Of a DNA stretch of 64,000 bases, positions 12,861 to 25,800 are shown in pieces (the stretch's first letter is position 1; the number at the start of each line of letters is the position of its first letter). The DNA lies in assembly GCA_964016885.1 (NCBI GenBank), contig OZ024742.1, positions 185,132,001 through 185,196,000 of the forward strand. The letters are read 5' to 3'. The stretch is from Eledone cirrhosa. Taxonomy: Eukaryota. Under the pieces are notes generated by a model, which had not been told where the DNA came from, did not search any database, and was given only the letters and a program-made list of their open reading frames with translations. The position numbers and the translations under genes are program-made.

Positions 12861-15800
12861 GTTAAGTTAACTTGGGGTTAATTTAAGTTGGGGTTAAGTC
12901 AAATTGGGTTTGAGTTAAGTTAGGGTTAAGTTAAGTTGGGGTTAAGTTAAGTTGGGGTTAAGTTAAGTAGGGGTTAAGTTAAGTTGGGGTTAAATTAAGC
13001 TGGGTTTAAGTTAAGTTGGGGTTAAGTTAAGTTGGGGTTAAGTTAAGTTGGGGTTAAGTTAAGTTGAGGTTAAGTTAAGTTGGGGTTAAATTCAGTTGGG
13101 GTTAACTTAAGTTGGGGTTAAGTTAAGTTGGGGTTAAGTTAAGTTGAGTTTAAGTTAAGTTGGAGTTAATTTAAGTTGAGGTTAAGTTAAGTTGTGGTAA
13201 AGTTAAGTTGGGGTTAAGTTAAGTTGGGGTTAAGTTAAGTTGGGGTTCAGTTAAGTTGGGGTTAAGTTAAGTAGGGGTTCAGTTGGGGTTAAATTAAGTT
13301 GGGGTTAAGTTAAGTTGGGGTTAAGTTAAGTTGGGGTTAAGTTAAGTTGGGGTTAAGTTAAGTTGGGGTTAAGTTAAGTTGGGGTTGAGTTAAGTTGGGG
13401 TTAAGTTAAGTCGGGGTTAAGTTAAGTTGGGGTTAAGTTAAGTTGGGGTTAAGTTAAGTTGGGGTTAAGTTAAGTTGGGGTTGAGTTAAGTTGGGGTTAA
13501 GTTAAGTTGGGTTTAAGTTAAGTTGGGGTTAAGTTAAGTTGGGGTTAAGTTAAGGTGGGGTTAAGTTAAGTTGGGGTTAAGTTAAGTCGGGGTTAAGTTA
13601 AGTTGGGGTTAAGTTAAGTTGGGGTTAAGTTAAGTTGGGGTTAAGTTAAGTTCGGGTTAAGATAAGTTGGGGTTAAGTTAAGTTGGGGTTGAGTTAAGTT
13701 GGGGTTGAGTTAATTTGGGGTTAAGTTAAGTTGGGGTTAACTTAAGTTGGGGTTAAGTTAAGTTGGGGTTAAGTTAAGTTGGGGTTAAATTAAGTTGGGG
13801 TTATGATAAGTTGGGGTTAAGTTAAGTCGGGGTTAAGTTATGTCGGGGTTAAGTTAAGTTGGGGTTAAGTTAACTTGGTGTTAAGTTAAGTTGGGGTTCA
13901 GTTAAGTTGGGGTTGAGTTAAGTTGGGGGTCAAGTTAAGTTGGGGTTAAGCTAAGTTGGGGTTAAGTTAAGTTGGGGTTAAGTTAAGTTGGGGTTAATTT
14001 AAGTTTTGGTTAAGTTAAGTTGGGGTTAACTTAAGTTGGGGTTAAGTTAAGTTGGCGTTCAGTTAAGTTGCGGTTAAGTTAAGTTGGGGTTAACTTAAGT
14101 CGGGGTTAAGTTAAGTTGGGGTTGAGTTAAGTTGGGGTCAAGTTAAGTTGGGGTTAAGTTAAGTTGGGGTTGAGTTAAGTTGGGGTTAAGTTAAGTCGGG
14201 GTTAAGTTAAGTTGGGGTTAAGTTAAGTTGGGGTTAAGTTAAGTTGGGGTCAAGTTAAGTTGGGGTTAAGTTAAGTTGGGGTTAAGTTAAGTTGGGGTTA
14301 AGTTAAGTCGCGGTTAGTTAAGTTGGGGTTAAGTTAAGATGGGGTTAAGTTAAGTTGTGGTTAAGTTAAGTTGGGGTTAAGCTAAGTTGGGGTTAAGTTA
14401 AGTTGCGGTTGAGTTAAGTTAGGTTTGAGTTAATTGGGGTTAAGTTAAGTTGGGGCTAAGTTAAGTTGGGGCTAAGTTAAGTTGGGGCTAAGTTAAGTTG
14501 GGGTTAAGTTAAGGTGGGGTTTAGTTAAGTTGGGGTTGAGTTAAGTTGGGGTTGAGTTAAGTTGGGGTTAAGTTAAGTTGGGGTTAAGTTAAGTTAGGGT
14601 TAACTTAAGTTGGGGTTAAGTTAAGTTTAGGTTAACTTAAGTTGGGGTTAAGTTAAGTTGGGGTTAAGTTAAGTTGGGGCTAAGTTAAGTTGGGGCTAAG
14701 TTAAGTTGGGGCTAAGTTAAGTTGGGGTTAAGTTAAGGTGGGGTTTAGTTAAGTTGGGGTTGAGTTAAGTTGGGGTTGAGTTAAGTTAGGGTTAAGTTAA
14801 GTTGGGGTTAAGTTAAGTTAGGGTTAACTTAAGTTGGGGTTAAGTTAAGTTGGGGTTGAGTTAAGTTGGGGTTTAATTAAGTTGGGGTTGAGTTAAGTTG
14901 GGGTTGAGTTAAGTTGGGCTTGAGTTAAGTTGGGGTTGAGTTAAGTTGGGCTTATCTTAAGTTGGGGTTAATTTAAGATGGGGTTAAGTTAAGTTGGGGT
15001 TAAGTTAATTTGGGGTTAAGTTAAGTTGGGGTTAAGTTAAGTTGGGGTTATGTTAAGTTGGGGTTAAGTTAAGTTGAGGTTAACTTAAGTTGGGGTTAAG
15101 TTAAGTTGGGGTTAAGTTAAGTTGGGGCTAAGTTAAGTTGGGGCTAAGTTAAGTTGGGGTTAAGTTAAGTTGGGGTTAAGTTAAGTTGGGGTCAACTTAA
15201 GTTGGGGCTAAGTTAAGTTGGGGTTAAGTTAAGTTGGGGCTAAGTTAAGTTGGAGTTAAGTTAAGTTGGGGTTAAATGAAGTTGGGGTCAACGTAAGTTG
15301 GGGTTAAGTTAAGTTGGGGTTAAGTTAATTTGGGGGTAAGTTAAGTTGGGGTTAAGTTAAGTTGGGGTTAAGTTAAGTTGGGGTTAAGTTAAGTTGGGGC
15401 TGAGTTAAATTGGGGCTGTGTTAAGTTGGGGTTAAGTTAAGTTGGGGTTAAGTTAAGTCGGGGTTAAGTTAAGTTGGGGTTAAGTTGGGGTTAAATTAAG
15501 TTGGGGTTAATTTAAGTTGGGGTTAAGTTAAGTTGGGTTTAGGTTAAGTTGGGGTTGAGTTAAGTTGGGGTTAAGTTAAGTTGGGGTTAATTTAAGTTGG
15601 GGTTAAGTTAAGTTGGGGCTGAGTTAAGTTGGGGTTAAGTTAAGTTGGGGTTGAGTTAAGTTGGGGTTAAGTTAAGTTGGAGTTAAGTTAAGTCGGGGTT
15701 AAGTTAAGTTGGGGTTAAGTTAAGTTGGGGTTAAGTTAAGTTGGGGTTAAGTTAAGTTGGGGTTAAGTTAAGTTGGGGTTAAGATAAGTTGGGGTTAAGT

Positions 15801-16867
15801 TAAGTTGGGGTTGAGTTAAGTTGGGGTTGAGTTAATTTGGGGTTAAGTTAAGTTGGGGTTAACTTAAGTTGGGGTTCAGTTAAGTTGGCGTTCAGTTAAG
15901 TTGCGGTGAAGTTAAGTTGGGGTTAACTTAAGTCGGGGTTAAGTTAAGTTGGGGTTAAGTTAAGTTGGGGTCAAGTTAAGTTGGGGTTAAGTTAAGTTGG
16001 GGTTATGTTAAGTTGGGGTTAAGTTAAGTTGGGGTTAAGTTAAGTCGGGGTTAAGTTAAGTTGGGGTTAAGTTAAGTTGGGGATAAGTTAAGTTGGGGTC
16101 AAGTTAAGTTGGGGTTAAGTTAAGTTGGGGTTAAGTTAAGTCGCGGTTAAGTTAAGTTGGGGTTAAGTTAAGATGGGGTTAAGTTAAGTTGGGGTTAAGT
16201 TAAGTTGGGGTTAAGATAAGTTGGGGTTAAGTTAAGTTGGGGTTGAGTTAAGTTGGGGTTGAGTTAATTGGGGTTAAGTTAAGTTGGGGTTAACTTAAGT
16301 TGGGTTTAAGTTAAGTTGGGGTTAAGTTAAGTTGGGGTTAAATTAAGTTGGGGTTAAGATAAGTTGGGGTTAAGTTAAGTCGGGGTTAAGTTAAGTCGGG
16401 GTTAAGTTAAGTTGGGGTTAAGTTAACTTGGTGTTAAGTTAAGTTGGGGCTCAGTTAAGTTGGGGTTGAGTTAAGTTGGGGTCAATTTAAGTTGGGACTA
16501 AGCTAAGTTGGGGTTAAGTTAAGTTGGGGTTAAGTTAAGTTGGCGCTAAGTTTAGTGAAGGTTAAGTTAAGTTGGGGTTGAGTTAAGTTGGGGTTAAGTT
16601 AAGTTGGGGTTAAGTTAAGTTAGGGTTAAGTTAAGCTTGGGTTAAGTTAAGTTGGGGTTGAGTTAATTTGGGGTTGAGTTAAGTTGGGGTTGAGTTAAGT
16701 TGGGGTTGAGTTAAGTTGGGGTTAAGTTAAGTTGGGGTTAACTTAAGTTGGTGTTAAGTTAAGTTGGGGTCAATTTAAGTTGAGGTTAAGTTAACTTGGG
16801 ATTAAGTTAAGTTGGGGTTAACTTAAATTGAGGTTAAGATAAGTTGGGGTTAAGTTAAGTTGGGGGT

Positions 16868-19800
16868 AAGTTAAGTTGGGGGTAAGTTAAGTTTGGGTTA
16901 AGTTGGGGTTAAGTTAAGTTAGGGTTAAGTTACGTTGGGGTTGAGTTAAGTTGGGGTTAATTTAAATTGGGGTTAAGTTAACTTTGTGGTTCAGTTAAGT
17001 TGGGGTTAAGTTAAGTTGGGGCTTATTTAAGTTGGGGTTAAGTTAAGTTGTGGTTAAGTTAAGTTGGGGTTAAGTTAAGTTGGGGTTAAGTTAAGTTGGG
17101 GTTAAGTTAAGTTGGGGTTAAATTAAGCTGGGTTGAAGTTAAGTTGGGGTTAAGTTAAGTTGGGGTTAAGTTAAGTTGGGGTTAAGTTAAGTTGGGGTTA
17201 AGTTAAGTCGGGGTTAAGTTAATTTGGGGTTCAGTTAAGTTGGGGTTAAGTTAAGTTGGGGCTTATTTAAGTTGGGGTTAAGTTAAGTTGTGGTTAAGTT
17301 AAGTTGGGGTTAAGTTAAGTCGGGGTTAAGTTAAGTCGGGGTTAAGTTATAATGTGGTTAAGTTAAGTTGGGGTTAAGTTAAGTTAGGGATAAGCTAAGT
17401 TGGCGTTAAGTTAAGTTGGGGTTAAGTTAAGTTGGGGTTAAGTTAAGTTGAGGTTAAGTTAAGTTGGGGTTAAATTCAGTTGGGGTTAACTTAAGTTGTG
17501 GTAAAGTTAAGTTGGGGTTAAGTTAAGTTGGGGTTAAGTTAAGTTGGGGTTCAGTTAAGTTGGGGTTAAGTTAAGTAGGGGTTCAGTTGGGGTTAAATTA
17601 AGTTGGGGTTAAGTTAAGTTGGGGTTAAGTTAAGTTGGGGTTAAGTTAAGTTGGGGTTAAGTTAAGTTGGGGTTAAGTTAAGTTGGGGTTGAGTTAAGTT
17701 GGGGTTAAGTTAAGTCGGGGTTAAGTTAAGTTGGGGTTAAGTTAAGTTGGGGTTAAGTTAAGTTGGGGTTAAGTTAAGTTGGGGTTGAGTTAAGTTGGGG
17801 TTAAGTTAAGTTGGGTTTAAGTTAAGTTGGGGTTAAGTTAAGTTGGGGTTAAGTTAAGGTGGGGTTAAGTTAAGTTGGGGTTAAGTTAAGTCGGGGTTAA
17901 GTTAAGTTGGGGTTAAGTTAAGTTGGGGTTAAGTTAAGTTGGGGTTAAGTTAAGTTCGGGTTAAGATAAGTTGGGGTTAAGTTAAGTTGGGGTTGAGTTA
18001 AGTTGGGGTTGAGTTAATTTGGGGTTAAGTTAAGTTGAGGTTAACTTAAGTTGGGGTTAAGTTAAGTTGGCGTTCAGTTAAGTTGCGGTTAAGTTAAGTT
18101 GGGGTTAACTTAAGTCGGGTTTAAGTTAAGTTGGGGTTAAGTTAAGTTGGGGTCAAGTTAAGTTGGGGTTAAGTTAAGTTGGGGTTAAGTTAAGTTGGGG
18201 TTAAGTTAAGTCGGGGTTAAGTTAAGTTGGGGTTAAGTTAAGTTGGGGTTAAGTTAAGTTGGGGTCAAGTTAAGTTGGGGTTAAGTTAAGTTGGGGTTAA
18301 GTTAAGTTGGGGTTAAGTTAAGTCGCGGTTAAGTTAAGTTGGGGTTAAGTTAAGATGGGGTTAAGTTAAGTTGTGGTTAAGTTAAGTTGGGGTTAAGATA
18401 AGTTGGGGTTAAGTTAAGTTGCGGTTGAGTTAAGTTGGGGTTGAGTTAATTGGGGTTAAGTTAAGTTGGGGTTAACTTAAGTTGGGTTTAAGTTAAGTTG
18501 GGGTTAAGTTAAGTTGGGGTTAAATTAAGTTGGGGTTATGATAAGTTGGGGTTAAGTTAAGTCGGGGTTAAGTTATGTCGGGGTTAAGTTAAGTTAGGGT
18601 TAAGTTAACTTGGTGTTAAGTTAAGTTGGGGTTCAGTTAAGTTGGGGTTGAGTTAAGTTGGGGGTCAAGTTAAGTTGGGGTTAAGCTAAGTTGGGGTTAA
18701 GTTAAGTTGGGGTTAAGTTAAGTTGGGGTTAATTTAAGTTTTGGTTAAGTTAAGTTGGGGTTAACTTAAGTTGGGGTTAAGTTAAGTTGGCGTTCAGTTA
18801 AGTTGCGGTTAAGTTAAGTTGGGGTTAACTTAAGTCGGGGTTAAGTTAAGTTGGGGTTAAGTTAAGTTGGGGTCAAGTTAAGTTGGGGTTAAGTTAAGTT
18901 GGGGTTAAGTTAAGTTGGGGTTAAGTTAAGTCGGGGTTAAGTTAAGTTGGGGTTAAGTTAAGTTGGGGTTAAGTTAAGTTGGGGTCAAGTTAAGTTGGGG
19001 TTAAGTTAAGTTGGGGTTAAGTTAAGTTGGGGTTAAGTTAAGTCGCGGTTAGTTAAGTTGGGGTTAAGTTAAGATGGGGTTAAGTTAAGTTGTGGTTAAG
19101 TTAAGTTGGGATTAAGATAAGTTGGGGTTAAGTTAAGTTGCGGTTGAGTTAAGTTAGGTTTGAGTTAATTGGGGTTAAGTTAAGTTGGGGCTAAGTTAAG
19201 TTGGGGCTAAGTTAAGTTGGGGCTAAGTTAAGTTGGGGTTAAGTTAAGGTGGGGTTTAGTTAAGTTGGGGTTGAGTTAAGTTGGGGTTGAGTTAAGTTGG
19301 GGTTAAGTTAAGTTGGGGTTAAGTTAAGTTAGGGTTAACTTAAGTTGGGGTTAAGTTAAGTTTAGGTTAACTTAAGTTGGGGTTAAGTTAAGTTGGGGTT
19401 AAGTTAAGTTGGGGCTATGTTAAGTTGGGGCTAAGTTAAGTTGGGGCTAAGTTAAGTTGGGGTTAAGTTAAGGTGGGGTTTAGTTAAGTTGGGGTTGAGT
19501 TAAGTTGGGGTTGAGTTAAGTTAGGGTTAAGTTAAGTTGGGGTTAAGTTAAGTTAGGGTTAACTTAAGTTGGGGTTAAGTTAAGTTGGGGTTGAGTTAAG
19601 TTGGGGTTTAATTAAGTTGGGGTTGAGTTAAGTTGGGGTTGAGTTAAGTTGGGCTTGAGTTAAGTTGGGGTTGAGTTAAGTTGGGCTTATCTTAAGTTGG
19701 GGTTAATTTAAGATGGGGTTAAGTTAAGTTGGGGTTAAGTTAATTTGGGGTTAAGTTAAGTTGGGGTTAAGTTAAGTTGGGGTTATGTTAAGTTGGGGTT

Positions 19801-22800
19801 AAGTTAAGTTGAGGTTAACTTAAGTTGGGGTTAAGTTAAGTTGGGGTTAAGTTAAGTTGGGGCTAAGTTAAGTTGGGGCTAAGTTAAGTTGGGGTTAAGT
19901 TAAGTTGGGGTTAAGTTAAGTTGGGGTCAACTTAAGTTGGGGCTAAGTTAAGTTGGGGTTAAGTTAAGTTGGGGCTAAGTTAAGTTGGAGTTAATTTAAG
20001 TTGGGGTTAAATTAAGTTGGGGTCAACTTAAGTTGGGGTTAAGTTAAGTTGGGGTTAAGTTAATTTGGGGGTAAGTTAAGTTGGGGTTAAGTTAAGTTGG
20101 GGTTAAGTTAAGTTGGGGTTAAGTTAAGTTGGGGCTGAGTTAAATTGGGGCTGTGTTAAGTTGGGGTTAAGTTAAGTTGGGGTTAAGTTAAGTTGGGGTT
20201 AAGTTAAGTTGGGGTTAAGTTGGGGTTAAATTAAGTTGGGGTTAATTTAAGTTGGGGTTAAGTTAAGTTGGGTTTAGGTTAAGTTGGGGTTGAGTTAAGT
20301 TGGGGTTAAGTTAAGTTGGGGTTAATTTAAGTTGGGGTTAAGTTAAGTTGGGGCTGAGTTAAGTTGGGGTTAAGTTAAGTTGGGGTTGAGTTAAGTTGGG
20401 GTTAAGTTAAGTTGGAGTTAAGTTAAGTCGGGGTTAAGTTAAGTTGGGGTTAAGTTAAGTTGGGGTTAAGTTAAGTTGGGGTTAAGTTAAGTTGGGGTTA
20501 AGTTAAGTTGGGGTTAAGATAAGTTGGGGTTAAGTTAAGTTGGGGTTGAGTTAAGTTGGGGTTGAGTTAATTTGGGGTTAAGTTAAGTTGGGGTTAACTT
20601 AAGTTGGGGTTCAGTTAAGTTGGCGTTCAGTTAAGTTGCGGTGAAGTTAAGTTGGGGTTAACTTAAGTCGGGGTTAAGTTAAGTTGGGGTTAAGTTAAGT
20701 TGGGGTCAAGTTAAGTTGGGGTTAAGTTAAGTTGGGGTTATGTTAAGTTGGGGTTAAGTTAAGTTGGGGTTAAGTTAAGTCGGGGTTAAGTTAAGTTGGG
20801 GTTAAGTTAAGTTGGGGATAAGTTAAGTTGGGGTCAAGTTAAGTTGGGGTTAAGTTAAGTTGGAGTTAAGTTAAGTCGCGGTTAAGTTAAGTTGGGGTTA
20901 AGTTAAGATGGGGTTAAGTTAAGTTGGGGTTAAGTTAAGTTGGGGTTAAGATAAGTTGGGGTTAAGTTAAGTTGGGGTTGAGTTAAGTTGGGGTTGAGTT
21001 AATTGGGGTTAAGTTAAGTTGGGGTTAACTTAAGTTGGGTTTAAGTTAAGTTGGGGTTAAGTTAAGTTGGGGTTAAATTAAGTTGGGGTTAAGATAAGTT
21101 GGGGTTAAGTTAAGTCGGGGTTAAGTTAAGTCGGGGTTAAGTTAAGTTGGGGTTAAGTTAACTTGGTGTTAAGTTAAGTTGGGGCTCAGTTAAGTTGGGG
21201 TTGAGTTAAGTTGGGGTCAATTTAAGTTGGGACTAAGCTAAGTTGGGGTTAAGTTAAGTTGGGGTTAAGTTAAGTTGGCGCTAAGTTTAGTGAAGGTTAA
21301 GTTAAGTTGGGGTTGAGTTAAGTTGGGGTTAAGTTAAGTTGGGGTTAAGTTAAGTTAGGGTTAAGTTAAGCTTGTGTTAAGTTAAGTTGGGGTTGAGTTA
21401 ATTTGGGGTTGAGTTAAGTTGGGGTTGAGTTAAGTTGGGGTTGAGTTAAGTTGGGGTTAAGTTAAGTTGGGGTTAACTTAAGTTGGTGTTAAGTTAAGTT
21501 GGGGTCAATTTAAGTTGAGGTTAAGTTAACTTGGGATCAAGTTAAGTTGGGGTTAACTTAAATTGAGGTTAAGATAAGTTGGGGTTAAGTTAAGTTGGGG
21601 GTAAGTTAAGTTGGGGGTAAGTTAAGTTTGGGTTAAGTTGGGGTTAAGTTAAGTTAGGGTTAAGTTACGTTGGGGTTGAGTTAAGTTGGGGTTAATTTAA
21701 ATTGGGGTTAAGTTAACTTTGTGGTTCAGTTAAGTTGGGGTTAAGTTAAGTTGGGGCTTATTTAAGTTGGGGTTAAGTTAAGTTGGGGTTAAGTTAAGTT
21801 GGGGTTAAGTTAAGTTGGGGTTAAGTTAAGTTGGGGTTAAATTAAGCTGGGTTGAAGTTAAGTTGGGGTTAAGTTAAGTTGGGGTTAAGTTAAGTTGGGG
21901 TTAAGTTAAGTTGGGGTTAAGTTAAGTCGGGGTTAAGTTAATTTGGGGTTCAGTTAAGTTGGGGTTAAGTTAAGTTGGGGCTTATTTAAGTTGGGGTTAA
22001 GTTAAGTTGTGGTTAAGTTAAGTTGGGGTTAAGTTAAGTCGGGGTTAAGTTAAGTCGGGGTTAAGTTAAGTTGTGGTTAAGTTAAGTTGGGGTTAAGTTA
22101 AGTTGGGGTTAAGTTAAGTTAGGGATAAGCTAAGTTGGCGTTAAGTTAAGTTGGGGTTAAGTTAAGTTGGGGTTAAGTTAAGTTGTGGTTAAGTTAAGTT
22201 GGGGCTGAGTTAAGTTGGGGTCAAGTTAAGTTGGGGTTGAGTTAAGTTGGGGTTAAGTTAACTTGGGGTTAATTTAAGTTGGGGTTAAGTCAAATTGGGT
22301 TTGAGTTAAGTTAGGGTTAAGTTAAGTTGGGGTTAAGTTAAGTTGGGGTTAAGTTAAGTTGGGGTTAAATTAAGCTGGGTTTAAGTTAAGTTGGGGTTAA
22401 GTTAAGTTGGGGTTAAGTTAAGTTGGGGTTAAGTTAAGTTGAGGTTAAGTTAAGTTGGGGTTAAATTCAGTTGGGGTTAAGTTAAGTTGGGGTTAAGTTA
22501 ATTTGGGGATAAGTTAAGTTGAGTTTAAGTTAAGTTGGAGTTGATTTAAGTTGAGGTTAAGTTAAGTTGTGGTAAAGTTAAGTTGGGGTTAAGTTAAGTT
22601 GGGGTTAAGTTAAGTTGGGGGTAAGTTAAGTTTGGGTTAAGTTGGGGTTAAGTTAAGTTAGGGTTAAGTTACGTTGGGGTTGAGTTAAGTTGGGGTTAAT
22701 TTAAATTGGGGTTAAGTTAACTTTGTGGTTCAGTTAAGTTGGGGTTAAGTTAAGTTGGGGCTTATTTAAGTTGGGGTTAAGTTAAGTTGTGGTTAAGTTA

Positions 22801-25800
22801 AGTTGGGGTTAAGTTAAGTTGGGGTTAAGTTAAGTTGGGGTTAAGTTAAGTTGGGGTTAAATTAAGCTGGGTTGAAGTTAAGTTGGGGTTAAGTTAAGTT
22901 GGGGTTAAGTTAAGTTGGGGTTAAGTTAAGTTGGGGTTAAGTTAAGTCGGGGTTAAGTTAATTTGGGGTTCAGTTAAGTTGGGGTTAAGTTAAGTTGGGG
23001 CTTATTTAAGTTGGGGTTAAGTTAAGTTGTGGTTAAGTTAAGTTGGGGTTAAGTTAAGTCGGGGTTAAGTTAAGTCGGGGTTAAGTTATAATGTGGTTAA
23101 GTTAAGTTGGGGTTAAGTTAAGTTAGGGATAAGCTAAGTTGGCGTTAAGTTAAGTTGGGGTTAAGTTAAGTTGGGGTTAAGTTAAGTTGAGGTTAAGTTA
23201 AGTTGGGGTTAAATTCAGTTGGGGTTAACTTAAGTTGTGGTAAAGTTAAGTTGGGGTTAAGTTAAGTTGGGGTTAAGTTAAGTTGGGGTTCAGTTAAGTT
23301 GGGGTTAAGTTAAGTAGGGGTTCAGTTGGGGTTAAATTAAGTTGGGGTTAAGTTAAGTTGGGGTTAAGTTAAGTTGGGGTTAAGTTAAGTTGGGGTTAAG
23401 TTAAGTTGGGGTTAAGTTAAGTTGGGGTTGAGTTAAGTTGGGGTTAAGTTAAGTCGGGGTTAAGTTAAGTTGGGGTTAAGTTAAGTTGGGGTTAAGTTAA
23501 GTTGGGGTTAAGTTAAGTTGGGGTTGAGTTAAGTTGGGGTTAAGTTAAGTTGGGTTTAAGTTAAGTTGGGGTTAAGTTAAGTTGGGGTTAAGTTAAGGTG
23601 GGGTTAAGTTAAGTTGGGGTTAAGTTAAGTCGGGGTTAAGTTAAGTTGGGGTTAAGTTAAGTTGGGGTTAAGTTAAGTTGGGGTTAAGTTAAGTTCGGGT
23701 TAAGATAAGTTGGGGTTAAGTTAAGTTGGGGTTGAGTTAAGTTGGGGTTGATTTAATTTGGGGTTAAGTTAAGTTGAGGTTAACTTAAGTTGGGGTTAAG
23801 TTAAGTTGGCGTTCAGTTAAGTTGCGGTTAAGTTAAGTTGGGGTTAACTTAAGTCGGGTTTAAGTTAAGTTGGGGTTAAGTTAAGTTGGGGTCAAGTTAA
23901 GTTGGGGTTAAGTTAAGTTGGGGTTAAGTTAAGTTGGGGTTAAGTTAAGTCGGGGTTAAGTTAAGTTGGGGTTAAGTTAAGTTGGGGTTAAGTTAAGTTG
24001 GGGTCAAGTTAAGTTGGGGTTAAGTTAAGTTGGGGTTAAGTTAAGTTGGGGTTAAGTTAAGTCGCGGTTAAGTTAAGTTGGGGTTAAGTTAAGATGGGGT
24101 TAAGTTAAGTTGTGGTTAAGTTAAGTTGGGGTTAAGATAAGTTGGGGTTAAGTTAAGTTGCGGTTGAGTTAAGTTGGGGTTGAGTTAATTGGGGTTAAGT
24201 TAAGTTGGGGTTAACTTAAGTTGGGTTTAAGTTAAGTTGGGGTTAAGTTAAGTTGGGGTTAAATTAAGTTGGGGTTATGATAAGTTGGGGTTAAGTTAAG
24301 TCGGGGTTAAGTTATGTCGGGGTTAAGTTAAGTTAGGGTTAAGTTAACTTGGTGTTAAGTTAAGTTGGGGTTCAGTTAAGTTGGGGTTGAGTTAAGTTGG
24401 GGGTCAAGTTAAGTTGGGGTTAAGCTAAGTTGGGGTTAAGTTAAGTTGGGGTTAAGTTAAGTTGGGGTTAATTTAAGTTTTGGTTAAGTTAAGTTGGGGT
24501 TAACTTAAGTTGGGGTTAAGTTAAGTTGGCGTTCAGTTAAGTTGCGGTTAAGTTAAGTTGGGGTTAACTTAAGTCGGGGTTAAGTTAAGTTGGGGTTAAG
24601 TTAAGTTGGGGTCAAGTTAAGTTGGGGTTAAGTTAAGTTGGGGTTAAGTTAAGTTGGGGTTAAGTTAAGTCGGGGTTAAGTTAAGTTGGGGTTAAGTTAA
24701 GTTGGGGTTAAGTTAAGTTGGGGTCAAGTTAAGTTGGGGTTAAGTTAAGTTGGGGTTAAGTTAAGTTGGGGTTAAGTTAAGTCGCGGTTAGTTAAGTTGG
24801 GGTTAAGTTAAGATGGGGTTAAGTTAAGTTGTGGTTAAGTTAAGTTGGGATTAAGATAAGTTGGGGTTAAGTTAAGTTGCGGTTGAGTTAAGTTAGGTTT
24901 GAGTTAATTGGGGTTAAGTTAAGTTGGGGCTAAGTTAAGTTGGGGCTAAGTTAAGTTGGGGCTAAGTTAAGTTGGGGTTAAGTTAAGGTGGGGTTTAGTT
25001 AAGTTGGGGTTGAGTTAAGTTGGGGTTGAGTTAAGTTGGGGTTAAGTTAAGTTGGGGTTAAGTTAAGTTAGGGTTAACTTAAGTTGGGGTTAAGTTAAGT
25101 TTAGGTTAACTTAAGTTGGGGTTAAGTTAAGTTGGGGTTAAGTTAAGTTGGGGCTATGTTAAGTTGGGGCTAAGTTAAGTTGGGGCTAAGTTAAGTTGGG
25201 GTTAAGTTAAGGTGGGGTTTAGTTAAGTTGGGGTTGAGTTAAGTTGGGGTTGAGTTAAGTTAGGGTTAAGTTAAGTTGGGGTTAAGTTAAGTTAGGGTTA
25301 ACTTAAGTTGGGGTTAAGTTAAGTTGGGGTTGAGTTAAGTTGGGGTTTAATTAAGTTGGGGTTGAGTTAAGTTGGGGTTGAGTTAAGTTGGGCTTGAGTT
25401 AAGTTGGGGTTGAGTTAAGTTGGGCTTATCTTAAGTTGGGGTTAATTTAAGATGGGGTTAAGTTAAGTTGGGGTTAAGTTAATTTGGGGTTAAGTTAAGT
25501 TGGGGTTAAGTTAAGTTGGGGTTATGTTAAGTTGGGGTTAAGTTAAGTTGAGGTTAACTTAAGTTGGGGTTAAGTTAAGTTGGGGTTAAGTTAAGTTGGG
25601 GCTAAGTTAAGTTGGGGCTAAGTTAAGTTGGGGTTAAGTTAAGTTGGGGTTAAGTTAAGTTGGGGTCAACTTAAGTTGGGGCTAAGTTAAGTTGGGGTTA
25701 AGTTAAGTTGGGGCTAAGTTAAGTTGGAGTTAATTTAAGTTGGGGTTAAATTAAGTTGGGGTCAACTTAAGTTGGGGTTAAGTTAAGTTGGGGTTAAGTT

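Noticed and set aside
17348-17353. TATAAT, a bacterial -10 box (also at 23087)
   Set aside because: It is a chance mutated monomer copied by the 5,739-bp duplication, with no -35 element or downstream gene.
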